The translations under genes and the position numbers were made by a program. Below are positions 1 through 9,180 of a DNA stretch of 64,000 nucleotides, in pieces. Each line of letters begins with the position of its first letter. Position 1 is the first letter of the stretch. The stretch comes from Candidatus Enterousia sp. GTDB taxonomy: Bacteria > Pseudomonadota > Alphaproteobacteria > Rs-D84. The notes beneath the pieces were generated by a model. That model had not been told where the DNA came from. It did no database searches and saw nothing but the letters and a program-made list of their open reading frames with translations. The DNA is taken from the NCBI GenBank assembly GCA_045546195.1, contig JAZQCH010000001.1:39362-103361 (forward strand). Reading direction: 5' to 3'.

Positions 1-69
1 GATTGCCAGATAAAATAACTTCATTTCCTGTCCACGCAAAACCATAGCAAATAAGAATATATTCCAAAA

Positions 70-105
70 GCAAAAACATACAAAATACCCCGGGAATTCC
101 CGGGG
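70..105 (-). terminator. Rho-independent terminator. The perfect 18-bp palindrome ccccgggaattcccgggg (88-105) is followed on the minus strand by a U-run.
   Basis: Perfect inverted repeat seen in the sequence; the reverse complement continues tattttgtatgttttt; lies directly 3' of the minus-strand CDS 132-689. Confidence 0.6.
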
Positions 106-131
106 TACAGCAGCAGTCATCTATAACGAAA

Positions 132-689
132 TTATTTTTCCAATTTGCCCCAACCGGCTTTGTATCCACCATCACGTTCCAGATAGATATTTGCGCCATC
201 TAACTGTGCCGCACTCAGCCCTTGAATCATATATGTTTGGTTCAGGTGACGGCTTAAACCGGCCTGCAACATCGGCAACTGAACGTTCATCAATTTGGAA
301 TTATTACAACATTTCGCATCATTATAACATGAATTACACTGATACAGTTTTACATTGTACTGAACACCTGGGCGCAAATCTTTCAAATCAACCATCATTT
401 TCAAGCCATTATCAGTATCTTTGAATTTGATATGTCCCATTTTTGACTCACCGCCATTACTGCTGTGTGTGTACATTTTGGCATAGACGTGATTAACATC
501 TGCGTTTTCGTATGTCTGATATACAACGATTGCGTCTGTTTCTTCTACGACTGCGACTGGCTGAACACGCTGTACTGGTTTATGATGACGTACTTTTTTA
601 TTTGGACATTCCATCATACATCCCGACAGCACAACCGCCGCCCCCAACACAGACGCAAATACGCCCATTTTTTTCATTAAGTTTTTCAT
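132..689 (-). CDS. Lipoprotein with a lipobox (LSGC) and a possible Cu/Zn-superoxide-dismutase-like beta-sandwich fold, but without the canonical His metal ligands
   Basis: N-terminal signal peptide with Cys lipobox; segment GHIKFKDTDNGLKMMVDLKDLRPGVQYNVKLYQCNSC resembles the SodC G.v.F.....GL.PG.hG.H.H..G.C pattern with the His replaced. Confidence 0.35.
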   Translation of the reverse strand: MKNLMKKMGVFASVLGAAVVLSGCMMECPNKKVRHHKPVQRVQPVAVVEETDAIVVYQTYENADVNHVYAKMYTHSSNGGESKMGHIKFKDTDNGLKMMVDLKDLRPGVQYNVKLYQCNSCYNDAKCCNNSKLMNVQLPMLQAGLSRHLNQTYMIQGLSAAQLDGANIYLERDGGYKAGWGKLEK

Positions 690-869
690 GATATTTTCTC
701 CTTTTGTTCCGTGTATTCACACACCATAACTCTACTATAAAAAATCACCATTTACCCCAGGTTTGATTCCCTAGGAATCCCCAGATTCAATGCGTACACA
801 GCGATTTTGAAACCAGTCCTATACCATTTACAAACCATATCTGATATTGTCACCCCAAAGGGGGAAAAC

Positions 870-1226
870 ATGTACACACTGATGCAATATTTAATCGCGT
901 TCAAATACGCATGTAAAATCAATCACTGGTCAACTGACAGTTATTCCAAACACCTGTTGTTCGATCGCCTGACTGGCGACATCGACACCTGGGTCGATTC
1001 GATTGCTGAAAACTATTTCATGGCCGACGACAACAAAAAAGTATTTAAACCAGATATTCTAAATCCAAAATTCATCAATCGTGACCTGGTCAAAATGTGT
1101 ATGATTATAATATCACACCTAGAAGAATTACAAAACGACGGCGAAACGAACGAAGGTCTAAATTCACTTCTCAGTGCCATCGAAGAAGGTTTCTTAAATA
1201 AACTTGCCCTGGCCAAACTAACCTAA
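870..1226 (+). CDS. Hypothetical protein of 118 aa. The internal ATG at 870 is preferred because it has a strong SD (agggggaaaac).
   Basis: ORF 807-1226; SD aaagggggaaaacATG in front of the start at 870; a terminator follows at 1231-1258. Confidence 0.5.
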   Translation: MYTLMQYLIAFKYACKINHWSTDSYSKHLLFDRLTGDIDTWVDSIAENYFMADDNKKVFKPDILNPKFINRDLVKMCMIIISHLEELQNDGETNEGLNSLLSAIEEGFLNKLALAKLT

Positions 1227-1230
1227 AAAG

Positions 1231-1258
1231 AAACCCGCAAAAGCGGGTTATTTATTTT
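1231..1258 (+). terminator. Rho-independent terminator (aacccgcaaaagcgggtt followed by a T-run)
   Basis: Hairpin at 1232-1249 followed by atttatttt; directly after the stop at 1226. Confidence 0.6.
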
Positions 1259-1340
1259 AATAAGATTTACTGACACGCCCGCCATCTTGTGCTGCTGTAA
1301 TACACACAAAACGAATCGCCCCTATAATAACAACGCCCAA

Positions 1341-1370
1341 CAAAAAATCCCCCATATGGGGGATTTTCTG
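1341..1370 (-). terminator. Terminator hairpin aatcccccatatgggggatt flanked by an A-run and a T-run. It reads as a terminator on both strands and serves the minus-strand OMP gene.
   Basis: Inverted repeat 1347-1366; minus-strand reading is stem plus tttttgttg. Confidence 0.55.
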
Positions 1371-1378
1371 GATTGGAT

Positions 1379-1993
1379 TTAGAACATAAATCTGATACCG
1401 ACATCACCGCCAAAGTTATGCAACCCTGACTGGATATCAACATATGTATAGCGCGCAGCCACATCAACTGCGAAACGTTCCATATCGAACGTTACGCCCA
1501 ATGTTCCCATACCTGAAAAACGGGTTTTGCTCTCGCTGTGGCGTGGCACCAGGTCACCGTCACGTTTAACATCTGTGAACGCCGCCCCCAGACCTAAACC
1601 AACAAATGGACGAACAATTTTATAGGAACCAAATTCCCAATAGTTGTTCCACAACAATGTCTGCATTTTGGTTTCTACATCGATACCACCAATGCCTGCA
1701 CCAAAATTCTCGCTGTCAGACATTCTGCCAAAATACGACCATTCGATTTCCGAACGTACGGTATCACAAACTTCTAAACCTAATGCGGCACGACCCTGGA
1801 AAATATAATCTGTCATAGATTCCTTGTTGCCGTCATATTTATAGTTCAGGTTTGTATAACTCATACCGCCTCTCAGGCCGACATATGGGTCCATACCCCA
1901 CATAGTCCAACTGCTACCTTGGTTTGGATGATTCATCGCAAACGCAGGACACGCAATCAGCACCGCCAGTGTTGAAATTGCTAACTTTTTCAT
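1379..1993 (-). CDS. Outer-membrane beta-barrel protein of the OmpW/Omp25-like small porin type
   Basis: Signal peptide MKKLAISTLAVLIACPAFA; alternating amphipathic Gly/Tyr-rich strands; C-terminal ...GIRFMF ending in the aromatic residue typical of OMPs. Confidence 0.6.
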   Translation of the reverse strand: MKKLAISTLAVLIACPAFAMNHPNQGSSWTMWGMDPYVGLRGGMSYTNLNYKYDGNKESMTDYIFQGRAALGLEVCDTVRSEIEWSYFGRMSDSENFGAGIGGIDVETKMQTLLWNNYWEFGSYKIVRPFVGLGLGAAFTDVKRDGDLVPRHSESKTRFSGMGTLGVTFDMERFAVDVAARYTYVDIQSGLHNFGGDVGIRFMF

Positions 1994-2110
1994 TTTCTCT
2001 CCTTTTTGTATTTTTGTGTTATGTCAAAGTTTCATGTCAACACCCATATTCTATCAAGGCAATACAAATATTTACATAGGTATGAATCCCTGAATTTTCC
2101 CCAGAAAACC

Positions 2111-2141
2111 AACAAAAAACGGCCACACTTGTGACCGTTTA
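2111..2141 (-). terminator. Terminator hairpin downstream of tRNA-Lys
   Basis: aaacggccacacttgtgaccgttt is an inverted repeat; the minus-strand reading is followed by ttttttgttgg. Confidence 0.5.
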
Positions 2142-2145
2142 TTTC

Positions 2146-2221
2146 TGGTGGACGCGCAGGGACTCGAACCCTGGACCCACTGATTAAGAGTCAGTTGCTC
2201 TACCAACTGAGCTACGCATCC
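2146..2221 (-). tRNA. tRNA-Lys with anticodon CTT. The 3' CCA is encoded.
   Basis: Reverse complement GGATGCGTAGCTCAGTTGGTAGAGCAACTGACTCTTAATCAGTGGGTCCAGGGTTCGAGTCCCTGCGCGTCCACCA folds as a cloverleaf: acceptor 7 bp with one G-U, D-stem GCTC/GAGC, anticodon loop CTCTTAA, T-loop TTCGAGT. Confidence 0.85.
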
Positions 2222-2276
2222 AGAACTGCAACGGGGCTAATTATAGACATAAAATCCACAAAAAGCAAGTTTTTGT

Positions 2277-3476
2277 TTACAGTTCCGCACACCGCACCAT
2301 CATACACTGCGGTCGCAGTTCTATATTTTTAATTTCTGCAACTGTTTGTGCCCCTGCCAGCCACATCACACGCTGTAAATCTGACCGCATATATTCAAAC
2401 ACAGATTCCACCCCGCGCCATCCCCCCAACGCCAACCCATATATCACCGGTCGCCCAATTGCGACAATATCCGCACCACTCGCAATCGCCTTGAACACAT
2501 GCTGACCACGTCGCACACCACTATCAAATATAATCGGCACACGTTTATTCACACGCGCCGCAATTTCTGCCAGCACCTCGAACGCGGCCGGCGCGCCATC
2601 TAATTGCCGTCCACCATGATTTGACACCCAAATCGCATCCGCCCCGGCGGCAATGGCAACCTCGGCATCATCTGGATGGCCAATCCCCTTGACAATAACT
2701 GGCAAATCCGTCCAAGACTTTACCCGCATAACATCATATGGCGTCAAATCATTTTTTGCCGCTGCAAATATCGCCCCAATCCCCTGCCCACCAGAACGCG
2801 GCACATTTGGCAAATCCAACGGGAATTTAAAATTATTACGTGCGTCACGCACACGATTTCCACCAATCGGCGCATCAACGGTTAGTATTATCGCGCGGTA
2901 TCCTAAATCCTGGGCCGACTTAACCAATGCCCGATTCGCCTCGTCATCTTTACTTAGATATAGTTGAAACCATTGCGGCGCCCCATTTCCAGCCCCTGCG
3001 ATTTCCGCCAATGTTGAACTGGCATATGTACTGACCGACATAATCGTACCCGCCGCCGCCACACCACGGGCACTGCCGGCCTCGGCTGATACATGTGCCA
3101 ACCCATGCGCCGCCGCCGGGGCTGCGATTATCGGCATAGAAATATCAACCCCAAATATTTGCGTTCGTGTATCAGGCTTTTCCACACCGGTCAGCACCCG
3201 CGGATAAATATCCACCATATCAAACGCCGATTCGTTTCGCCGCATTGTATTTTCAGTTTCTGCCCCACCACGAATATAGTCAAACCCATCGCGCGGTATA
3301 ATTTGCGCCGCCTGTGCTTCTAAATCATCAATGTCATAGATTGTGATTTTTTCATCCCTGACCGATGCCTGATAACCTTCGTCACGTGCGCCCCCCACCC
3401 GTACCATACGCACCAATACCCAAACAATTAACAACGCCACCAAAACAACAGATAAAACAAAAATCAGTTTTTTCAT
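2277..3476 (-). CDS. FMN-dependent alpha-hydroxy-acid dehydrogenase or oxidase (L-lactate dehydrogenase / glycolate oxidase family) with an unusual N-terminal transmembrane anchor
   Basis: Conserved motifs including VSNHGGRQLDG and the TIM-barrel FMN-binding pattern; N-terminus MKKLIFVLSVVLVALLIVWVLV is a hydrophobic helix absent from classical LldD. Confidence 0.7.
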   Translation of the reverse strand: MKKLIFVLSVVLVALLIVWVLVRMVRVGGARDEGYQASVRDEKITIYDIDDLEAQAAQIIPRDGFDYIRGGAETENTMRRNESAFDMVDIYPRVLTGVEKPDTRTQIFGVDISMPIIAAPAAAHGLAHVSAEAGSARGVAAAGTIMSVSTYASSTLAEIAGAGNGAPQWFQLYLSKDDEANRALVKSAQDLGYRAIILTVDAPIGGNRVRDARNNFKFPLDLPNVPRSGGQGIGAIFAAAKNDLTPYDVMRVKSWTDLPVIVKGIGHPDDAEVAIAAGADAIWVSNHGGRQLDGAPAAFEVLAEIAARVNKRVPIIFDSGVRRGQHVFKAIASGADIVAIGRPVIYGLALGGWRGVESVFEYMRSDLQRVMWLAGAQTVAEIKNIELRPQCMMVRCAEL

Positions 3477-3540
3477 TTTTTCATCTCTCCCTTTTTTATC
3501 AGAATATCAGAAGCAACAAAAAAATCTGATTTGACAGTAT

Positions 3541-3570
3541 TCATAAAAAAAGTGCCACATCTGTGGCACA
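3541..3570 (-). terminator. Rho-independent terminator (gtgccacatctgtggcac plus a U-run) right after the stop of the M23 peptidase gene
   Basis: Inverted repeat 3552-3569; the minus-strand reading is followed by ttttttta. Confidence 0.6.
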
Positions 3571-3572
3571 TA

Positions 3573-4796
3573 TTATTTTTTCAGGTATTGCGTCGGATTA
3601 TACGCCTTGGTTCCTTTGCGAATTTCAAAGTGCAACTGCGGGCTGTCCACTTTACCTGTTTTGCCGACCGTACCAATTTTCTGTCCAACACTAACACGCG
3701 CCCCACGTCGTACAACCATCGAATCCATATGGGCATAGACCGTCATCCAACCATCTTCATGTTGAATAATGACCAGATTCCCCATCCCCTTGACTTCATT
3801 TCCAGCATACGCAACAACGCCGTTTTCCGCAGCCTTTACAACGGTTCCACGCGTTGCCCCAATGTTTATACCATCATTAAACAGACCATTTGATTTTGCG
3901 CCATAGTTCGACAAAACATTTCCACGCACCGGCCACGAAAACTTAGACGACGAACGCGCATTTATTTTCGGTAATTTTTTTGTTGGGTCTGACGAAATCT
4001 TCTTTACTGGCTGTGCCACAGTTTTCTTTTCAGTCTGTGCTTTTACCTCTGCCTTTGCTGTCACTTTTTTCTGTTCTGACTTTACTGGTTCAATCTTCGT
4101 CTGTACGCTGGGTTTCAGGGCTTTTTCCGCAACCTTAACCGTCGTTGGTCCCACCTGTTCCACTGGCACCCGTGCCAAATTTGGCACACGAATTTTCTGT
4201 CCCACTTTTAAATTAAACGGTGGCGTTAATTTATTCATAACCGCCAAATCATTTACCGGCACAGCATACCTTCGCGACAACGAATACAGCGTATCACCAC
4301 GTGCCACCACAACATCTGTCAATTCTACACGTGTTGTTTTTTGCGCACCGACCCGCGGTTTATTTATCGTCAATATATCATCAGTTTTAATATCAACGCG
4401 CTGTGCGCCCGTATCCCCATACATCGGCACCAAAATATAGTCATCCACACTTGCCACATCAACAGACTCATCCGTCTTTGATTTATCCTCTATTATTTCT
4501 GGTCCGACATCTACATCCGTCACCTGGGGTGGCACAATATAATCATCAACCGACGCATACATCACATAGTCATCGGCCTTGTCCGTTCCATACAGTTCAG
4601 GCGACGCATAAACACCATAGTCCGTTGCCGCCGAATTATAAATTTCTGGATATTGATTTGGGTCTGCCAACAAAGCGGGATATCGCGCCGAAATAAATTC
4701 GCCCACAGAATCAGGGAACGACACAATTTTGGGTCGTAAATCACACGCAGTTTGCGTGAACAACACACCCACAAAAATCCATATGAATTTTTTCAC
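3573..4796 (-). CDS. Peptidase M23 family lipoprotein with a LysM domain (NlpD/EnvC-like murein endopeptidase)
   Basis: C-terminal M23 motifs (GNLVIIQHEDGWMTVYAHM...GQKIGTVGKTG...LHFEIRKG); central LysM (DTLYSLSRRYAVPVNDLAVMNKL); signal peptide with Cys. Confidence 0.8.
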   Translation of the reverse strand: MKKFIWIFVGVLFTQTACDLRPKIVSFPDSVGEFISARYPALLADPNQYPEIYNSAATDYGVYASPELYGTDKADDYVMYASVDDYIVPPQVTDVDVGPEIIEDKSKTDESVDVASVDDYILVPMYGDTGAQRVDIKTDDILTINKPRVGAQKTTRVELTDVVVARGDTLYSLSRRYAVPVNDLAVMNKLTPPFNLKVGQKIRVPNLARVPVEQVGPTTVKVAEKALKPSVQTKIEPVKSEQKKVTAKAEVKAQTEKKTVAQPVKKISSDPTKKLPKINARSSSKFSWPVRGNVLSNYGAKSNGLFNDGINIGATRGTVVKAAENGVVAYAGNEVKGMGNLVIIQHEDGWMTVYAHMDSMVVRRGARVSVGQKIGTVGKTGKVDSPQLHFEIRKGTKAYNPTQYLKK

Positions 4797-4816
4797 GATA
4801 TTATTATATCATAAAA

Positions 4817-5524
4817 TCAGTCACGACGCATAAACAAAATACTAACTTCGAACAACGCCCACATCGGCAACGCCAACAAAATCTGACTGACAATATCTGG
4901 CGGCGTCAATATAGCGGCCACAATCACAATAAGCACAATCGCATACCGACGCATTTTTAACACGCGTTCGCGCCCCAGCACACCAACCCGATTCAACAAC
5001 ACCAACACCAACGGCAACTGAAACGCCAACCCAAACACTTTTAGCAATCCAATCGCAAACCCCAGGTAATCACGCGCCGCTGGCAACAACACCGCTGGCA
5101 CCGGCGCCGACTGATTTAACTCAACAAAGAATTTGAATACAACCGGGAACAGGAAATAAAACGCAAATCCCGCCCCCAACAAAAATAAAATCGGCGACAT
5201 AATAATCAACGGCAAAACAATTCCGCGTTCATTTTTCTTTAACCCCGGCGCAATAAACGCCCACGCATGCCACAACACCACCGGCCCAATAACCAACAAC
5301 GCAAATAATGTCGCCAACGAAAACTGAATCATCAGCCCATCGGTCAACCCCGTATAAATCAGTTCCCCATCACCCCACACTGACAATAATGGCACAGTTA
5401 AAAATTCTTGAATCAATGGCGCGACATACCACCCCGCAACAAACGCGCACGCAAAAATCAACGCCACCCACAAAATACGACGCCGCAGTTCAGAAAAATG
5501 TTGTAACAACGTCATCTTTTTCAT
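4817..5524 (-). CDS. tatC: Twin-arginine translocase subunit TatC
   Basis: Six predicted TM segments; N-terminus LLQHFSELRRRIL is typical of TatC; adjacent to a tatB-like gene. Confidence 0.85.
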   Translation of the reverse strand: MKKMTLLQHFSELRRRILWVALIFACAFVAGWYVAPLIQEFLTVPLLSVWGDGELIYTGLTDGLMIQFSLATLFALLVIGPVVLWHAWAFIAPGLKKNERGIVLPLIIMSPILFLLGAGFAFYFLFPVVFKFFVELNQSAPVPAVLLPAARDYLGFAIGLLKVFGLAFQLPLVLVLLNRVGVLGRERVLKMRRYAIVLIVIVAAILTPPDIVSQILLALPMWALFEVSILFMRRD

Positions 5525-5811
5525 TTTTTCTGAACCTTTTTCCGTGATGTTTTCCTGGGCTTTTTTATTGCGGTTGAAATCGTATCCAGCACATCATTTG
5601 TTGTTGTCTGAATAATATCATCGATTGGTTTTTCTAACTCAATTTGTTGTTTAATATTTTCGGATGCATCTGTAATTTTCCACATAATTCCACGCACAAA
5701 ATTCACCGCCCGTGCCAAGAATCGTGCCACATCTGGCCACATGCGCGCCGGTATCACAATGACACCAACCAACAAAATTACAAAAAATTCCCCGAAACTA
5801 ATTCCGAACAT
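5521..5811 (-). CDS. tatB: Tat translocase subunit, TatB-like (TatA/B family)
   Basis: N-terminal TM helix with GISFGEFFVILLVGVIVI and an amphipathic helix; 4-nt overlap with tatC. Confidence 0.65.
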   Translation of the reverse strand: MFGISFGEFFVILLVGVIVIPARMWPDVARFLARAVNFVRGIMWKITDASENIKQQIELEKPIDDIIQTTTNDVLDTISTAIKKPRKTSRKKVQKK

Positions 5812-5818
5812 AGCTTAC

Positions 5819-6433
5819 TTAGTCATAATAATCATCGCCACCACTGGTGCTAACCGTCTTGTGCCGCTGAATCTGGAAATAATTTTTCCCAAACTTTGTT
5901 TTTTCACGCAAATCACGAAACGCCACATCTGTTTTTGCCCCTGTTGCATCAACAACAGACCATGAATTCAGTTTTATCGGCGACTTGTCAAACACTACGG
6001 TCATATGCCCCAGTCCTTCTTGTCCCTTTAAATTCATCTTTAACGCAAACGAATTTTTCCAATCTGTTGTTTCCACAACATTTATATCCGCATTAACCAG
6101 GTCAATATTTTTTCTGACTAAAATCCCGGCGGGTGTACTGGTAATCGGCACTGTGGTAATCTGGTCCAACGATTTATCAAAGAAATACAAATCGCTGCCA
6201 TCCGAAATCAATTGAACCGGCATATCATCATAGTCCAAACGCACGCGCCCCGGTCGCAGCATCGAAAAATCCCCGACCTGTTGCTTGCCATTTGCGGTCT
6301 GAACAAATTCCCCTGTCAACCCAGTAATTGAATTCAAATACTTTTCTGCTTTTTTCACCAATGCGCTGTCCACTGCGGCATTTGCGCCAAACGAAACCAG
6401 ACCGCACAAAACAACAAATAAAAACTTTCTCAT
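5819..6433 (-). CDS. LolA-like periplasmic lipoprotein carrier / outer-membrane lipoprotein chaperone family protein
   Basis: Signal peptide; size (~200 aa) and a beta-rich pattern with GEFVQT...RVRLDY reminiscent of LolA. Confidence 0.45.
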   Translation of the reverse strand: MRKFLFVVLCGLVSFGANAAVDSALVKKAEKYLNSITGLTGEFVQTANGKQQVGDFSMLRPGRVRLDYDDMPVQLISDGSDLYFFDKSLDQITTVPITSTPAGILVRKNIDLVNADINVVETTDWKNSFALKMNLKGQEGLGHMTVVFDKSPIKLNSWSVVDATGAKTDVAFRDLREKTKFGKNYFQIQRHKTVSTSGGDDYYD

Positions 6434-6436
6434 TTC

Positions 6437-7387
6437 CTATTCCCCCTTGAACAATTCCAGGACACGCGCCCGTACATTTTCCAAACTATCCCGCACAATT
6501 GCGCCTGCGGCACGCTCATGCCCACCGCCGCCCAGCGCAATCGCAATTTTATCAATCGGCTTTTTCCGGCTGCGAATAGAAACTCCAATCTGCTGTGGTT
6601 TTTGCTCTTTCAGCATAACAATATATTCCACACCTTGGATTTGCCCTAATAAACTTAGCGTCATTTCGCCCCGCCCGTCCAGATACTTATAATCCTTTTT
6701 CTCGACAGTTGCCAACGCCAATCGTCCATGATAGAAAAATTCAGCATTTGCGGCGGTTCGCGCTTCGACTTGAACTGTCTTGCGCGGTTTATTATTCATC
6801 AACTCAATCAACTCGCGAATATTAACGCCGCCATCCACTAAATCCGCCATAATACGCAACGCGTCACCATTACGCACAAACTTAAAATTTCCTGTATCGG
6901 TTAAAATTGCCAACGCCAACAAATCCGCCGTATGCGCATCCATTGACAACCCCGCCGCACGCATCATACGATAAACAATCACAGCCGTTGCCGCTGCCTC
7001 TTCGTCATTGATACACAGTTGCCCAATATTATTTTCATTTCTGTGATGATCAATTTCAATTACAAACCGCGCCCTGTCAACAATCGGTTGGGGGCCACCA
7101 ACATGAACCGGATTGCCATAGTCCATAACAATCGCCAAATCAAAGGGCTGTGACATATCAACCCGTTCAAAATATTTAATCCGTGAACGCAGCGGCACAG
7201 TCGATAAATTTTCTGGAATATTTCCGTCATATACACAAACCGGACTGATACCGAAATTTTCTTCGATTAAATGCGCCAACGCCAACACACTGCACAGCGA
7301 ATCCCCATCTGGGTTTTTATGTCCCATAATGGCAATAGATTTTGCGTCACGCACACGTTTAAAAAATTCCTGTATCTTTTGTTCCAT
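6437..7387 (-). CDS. DHH-DHHA1 phosphoesterase (NrnA-like oligoribonuclease / pAp phosphatase)
   Basis: N-terminal motifs IAIMGHKNPDGDSLCS and DHH; C-terminal GGGH (DHHA1). Confidence 0.7.
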   Translation of the reverse strand: MEQKIQEFFKRVRDAKSIAIMGHKNPDGDSLCSVLALAHLIEENFGISPVCVYDGNIPENLSTVPLRSRIKYFERVDMSQPFDLAIVMDYGNPVHVGGPQPIVDRARFVIEIDHHRNENNIGQLCINDEEAAATAVIVYRMMRAAGLSMDAHTADLLALAILTDTGNFKFVRNGDALRIMADLVDGGVNIRELIELMNNKPRKTVQVEARTAANAEFFYHGRLALATVEKKDYKYLDGRGEMTLSLLGQIQGVEYIVMLKEQKPQQIGVSIRSRKKPIDKIAIALGGGGHERAAGAIVRDSLENVRARVLELFKGE

Positions 7388-7399
7388 ATTAACCTGTCT

Positions 7400-9178
7400 T
7401 TATACCGCCATATCTTCGACAAAGAACTGTGCACTAACACGGCCGTTATATTCGTTTTCTTTCAACTTACCCAACAACATTATTTTAGTATTTACATTGG
7501 CATCGTCCAGCAAAAAATCACCAACCGGCGTTCCGACCAGATTAAAACCAACAAACGACAACTGGGTACCTGCACTGGTATTTATCACACCGCGCAGGTG
7601 CGCCCCGCCCCCCATAACCGACGCATATCGCAACACACCACCACGCAGTACCAACGTCGGTTCTGGATTTCCCTGACCGAACGGCGCCAATCCCGCCATT
7701 TTTTTCACCAATCGCATATTGGCACCACCTGCATCAATTTCTGCGTCCACGACCAACTCTGGCGCGGGCATTTCACCATTTAACTGTTCTGCGACCGCCT
7801 TTTCCAAGAATTCACAAAACGCCCCCTCGTTTTCAACCGCCAACGAAAACCCGGCGGCGGCGGCATGTCCACCACCTTCACTAACAATCCCAGCCGCCAA
7901 CGCATCATGAATAATCTTGCCCAGGTCAACCCCCGCAATCGAACGCCCCGAACCATTTATCACACCATCAGATTTTGTCGCCACACATGATGGTAAATTA
8001 TATTTATCCTTTAATCGCCCTGCGATAATCCCCATCACACCACCGTGCCAGTTTTCCCCACACACAAACAAACTGCATCGCCCTGCCTTACAGCAATCTT
8101 CGGCCATTTCACACGCACGCAGCATAATCGCATTTTGAATATCGATGCGTTCCTGGTTCATCGTGTGTAATTTATTTGCCAAATCATTTGCGATTAGCGG
8201 ATTATCCGTCAGCAATAATTCCAACGCTGGTGCTGCCGAATCCAGACGCCCCGCTGCATTTAATCGTGGCCCCAGCGCAAACCCCGCCGCATATACCGAC
8301 GGCTGCTTAATACCCGCCACATCCATCAGCACCCGCAACCCCAGGTTTTGCCGCAACCCTAAAACCTTCAGTCCTGTTGCCACAAACGCACGATTTAACC
8401 CCACCAATGGCATCGTGTCACAAATCGTCCCCAACGCAACTAAATCCATAAAATTCATCAATTCTGAATTATCCAGACCCAACCCGCGATTTTTCAATTC
8501 ACGATTCAACGCAACCAAAGTTAAAAACGCAACCCCAACCCCCGCCAGGTATGTCAATTCAGATGTATCATCTGCGCGCTTTGGATTCACCACTGCATCT
8601 GCGTCTGGCAACACACTATCGGGCGAATGATGGTCTGTCACAACAACACGCAATCCATGCTGACGTGCGTATGCGACCTCGTCAATTCCGCTGATACCGC
8701 AATCAACCGTAATTAACAGTTTCGCGCCACTTTTCACAATTTCATCAATCGCGTCATTATTCAGCCCATACCCTTCGCCTTCACGCGTTGGCAAATGCCA
8801 AATAACATCAACCCCAATCGCACGCAAATACTTAACAAAGACGGCTGTTGATGTAATCCCATCAACATCATAGTCACCATAAATCGCAATTTTTTCTTTA
8901 TTCTCTATTGCATCTGCGATAATACGCGCCCCCACATCCATATCCGTTAAAACAGATGGATTCGGCATATATTCTTTGATTGATGGATTTAAAAACTTTT
9001 TGATATCGGCGTCCGCACAAATACCCCGCCCTGCCAAAATTTTCTTGACCAGGTCGTCTGAATTCACACTGTCAATACCATCTGCCAACACCCATGCCTT
9101 GCCCAGCATGGATTTCTCTACCAATCTACTACTCAACGCACTTCTCTTTTTTTTATTATCAAGTGCATTATACTTCAA
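7400..9178 (-). CDS. recJ: Single-stranded-DNA-specific exonuclease RecJ
   Basis: DHH motifs (IYGDYDVDGITS, DHH), DHHA1 GGGH and RecJ OB-fold region; length ~590 aa; the true start may be an internal Met. Confidence 0.85.
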   Translation of the reverse strand: MKYNALDNKKKRSALSSRLVEKSMLGKAWVLADGIDSVNSDDLVKKILAGRGICADADIKKFLNPSIKEYMPNPSVLTDMDVGARIIADAIENKEKIAIYGDYDVDGITSTAVFVKYLRAIGVDVIWHLPTREGEGYGLNNDAIDEIVKSGAKLLITVDCGISGIDEVAYARQHGLRVVVTDHHSPDSVLPDADAVVNPKRADDTSELTYLAGVGVAFLTLVALNRELKNRGLGLDNSELMNFMDLVALGTICDTMPLVGLNRAFVATGLKVLGLRQNLGLRVLMDVAGIKQPSVYAAGFALGPRLNAAGRLDSAAPALELLLTDNPLIANDLANKLHTMNQERIDIQNAIMLRACEMAEDCCKAGRCSLFVCGENWHGGVMGIIAGRLKDKYNLPSCVATKSDGVINGSGRSIAGVDLGKIIHDALAAGIVSEGGGHAAAAGFSLAVENEGAFCEFLEKAVAEQLNGEMPAPELVVDAEIDAGGANMRLVKKMAGLAPFGQGNPEPTLVLRGGVLRYASVMGGGAHLRGVINTSAGTQLSFVGFNLVGTPVGDFLLDDANVNTKIMLLGKLKENEYNGRVSAQFFVEDMAV

Positions 9179-9180
9179 AT

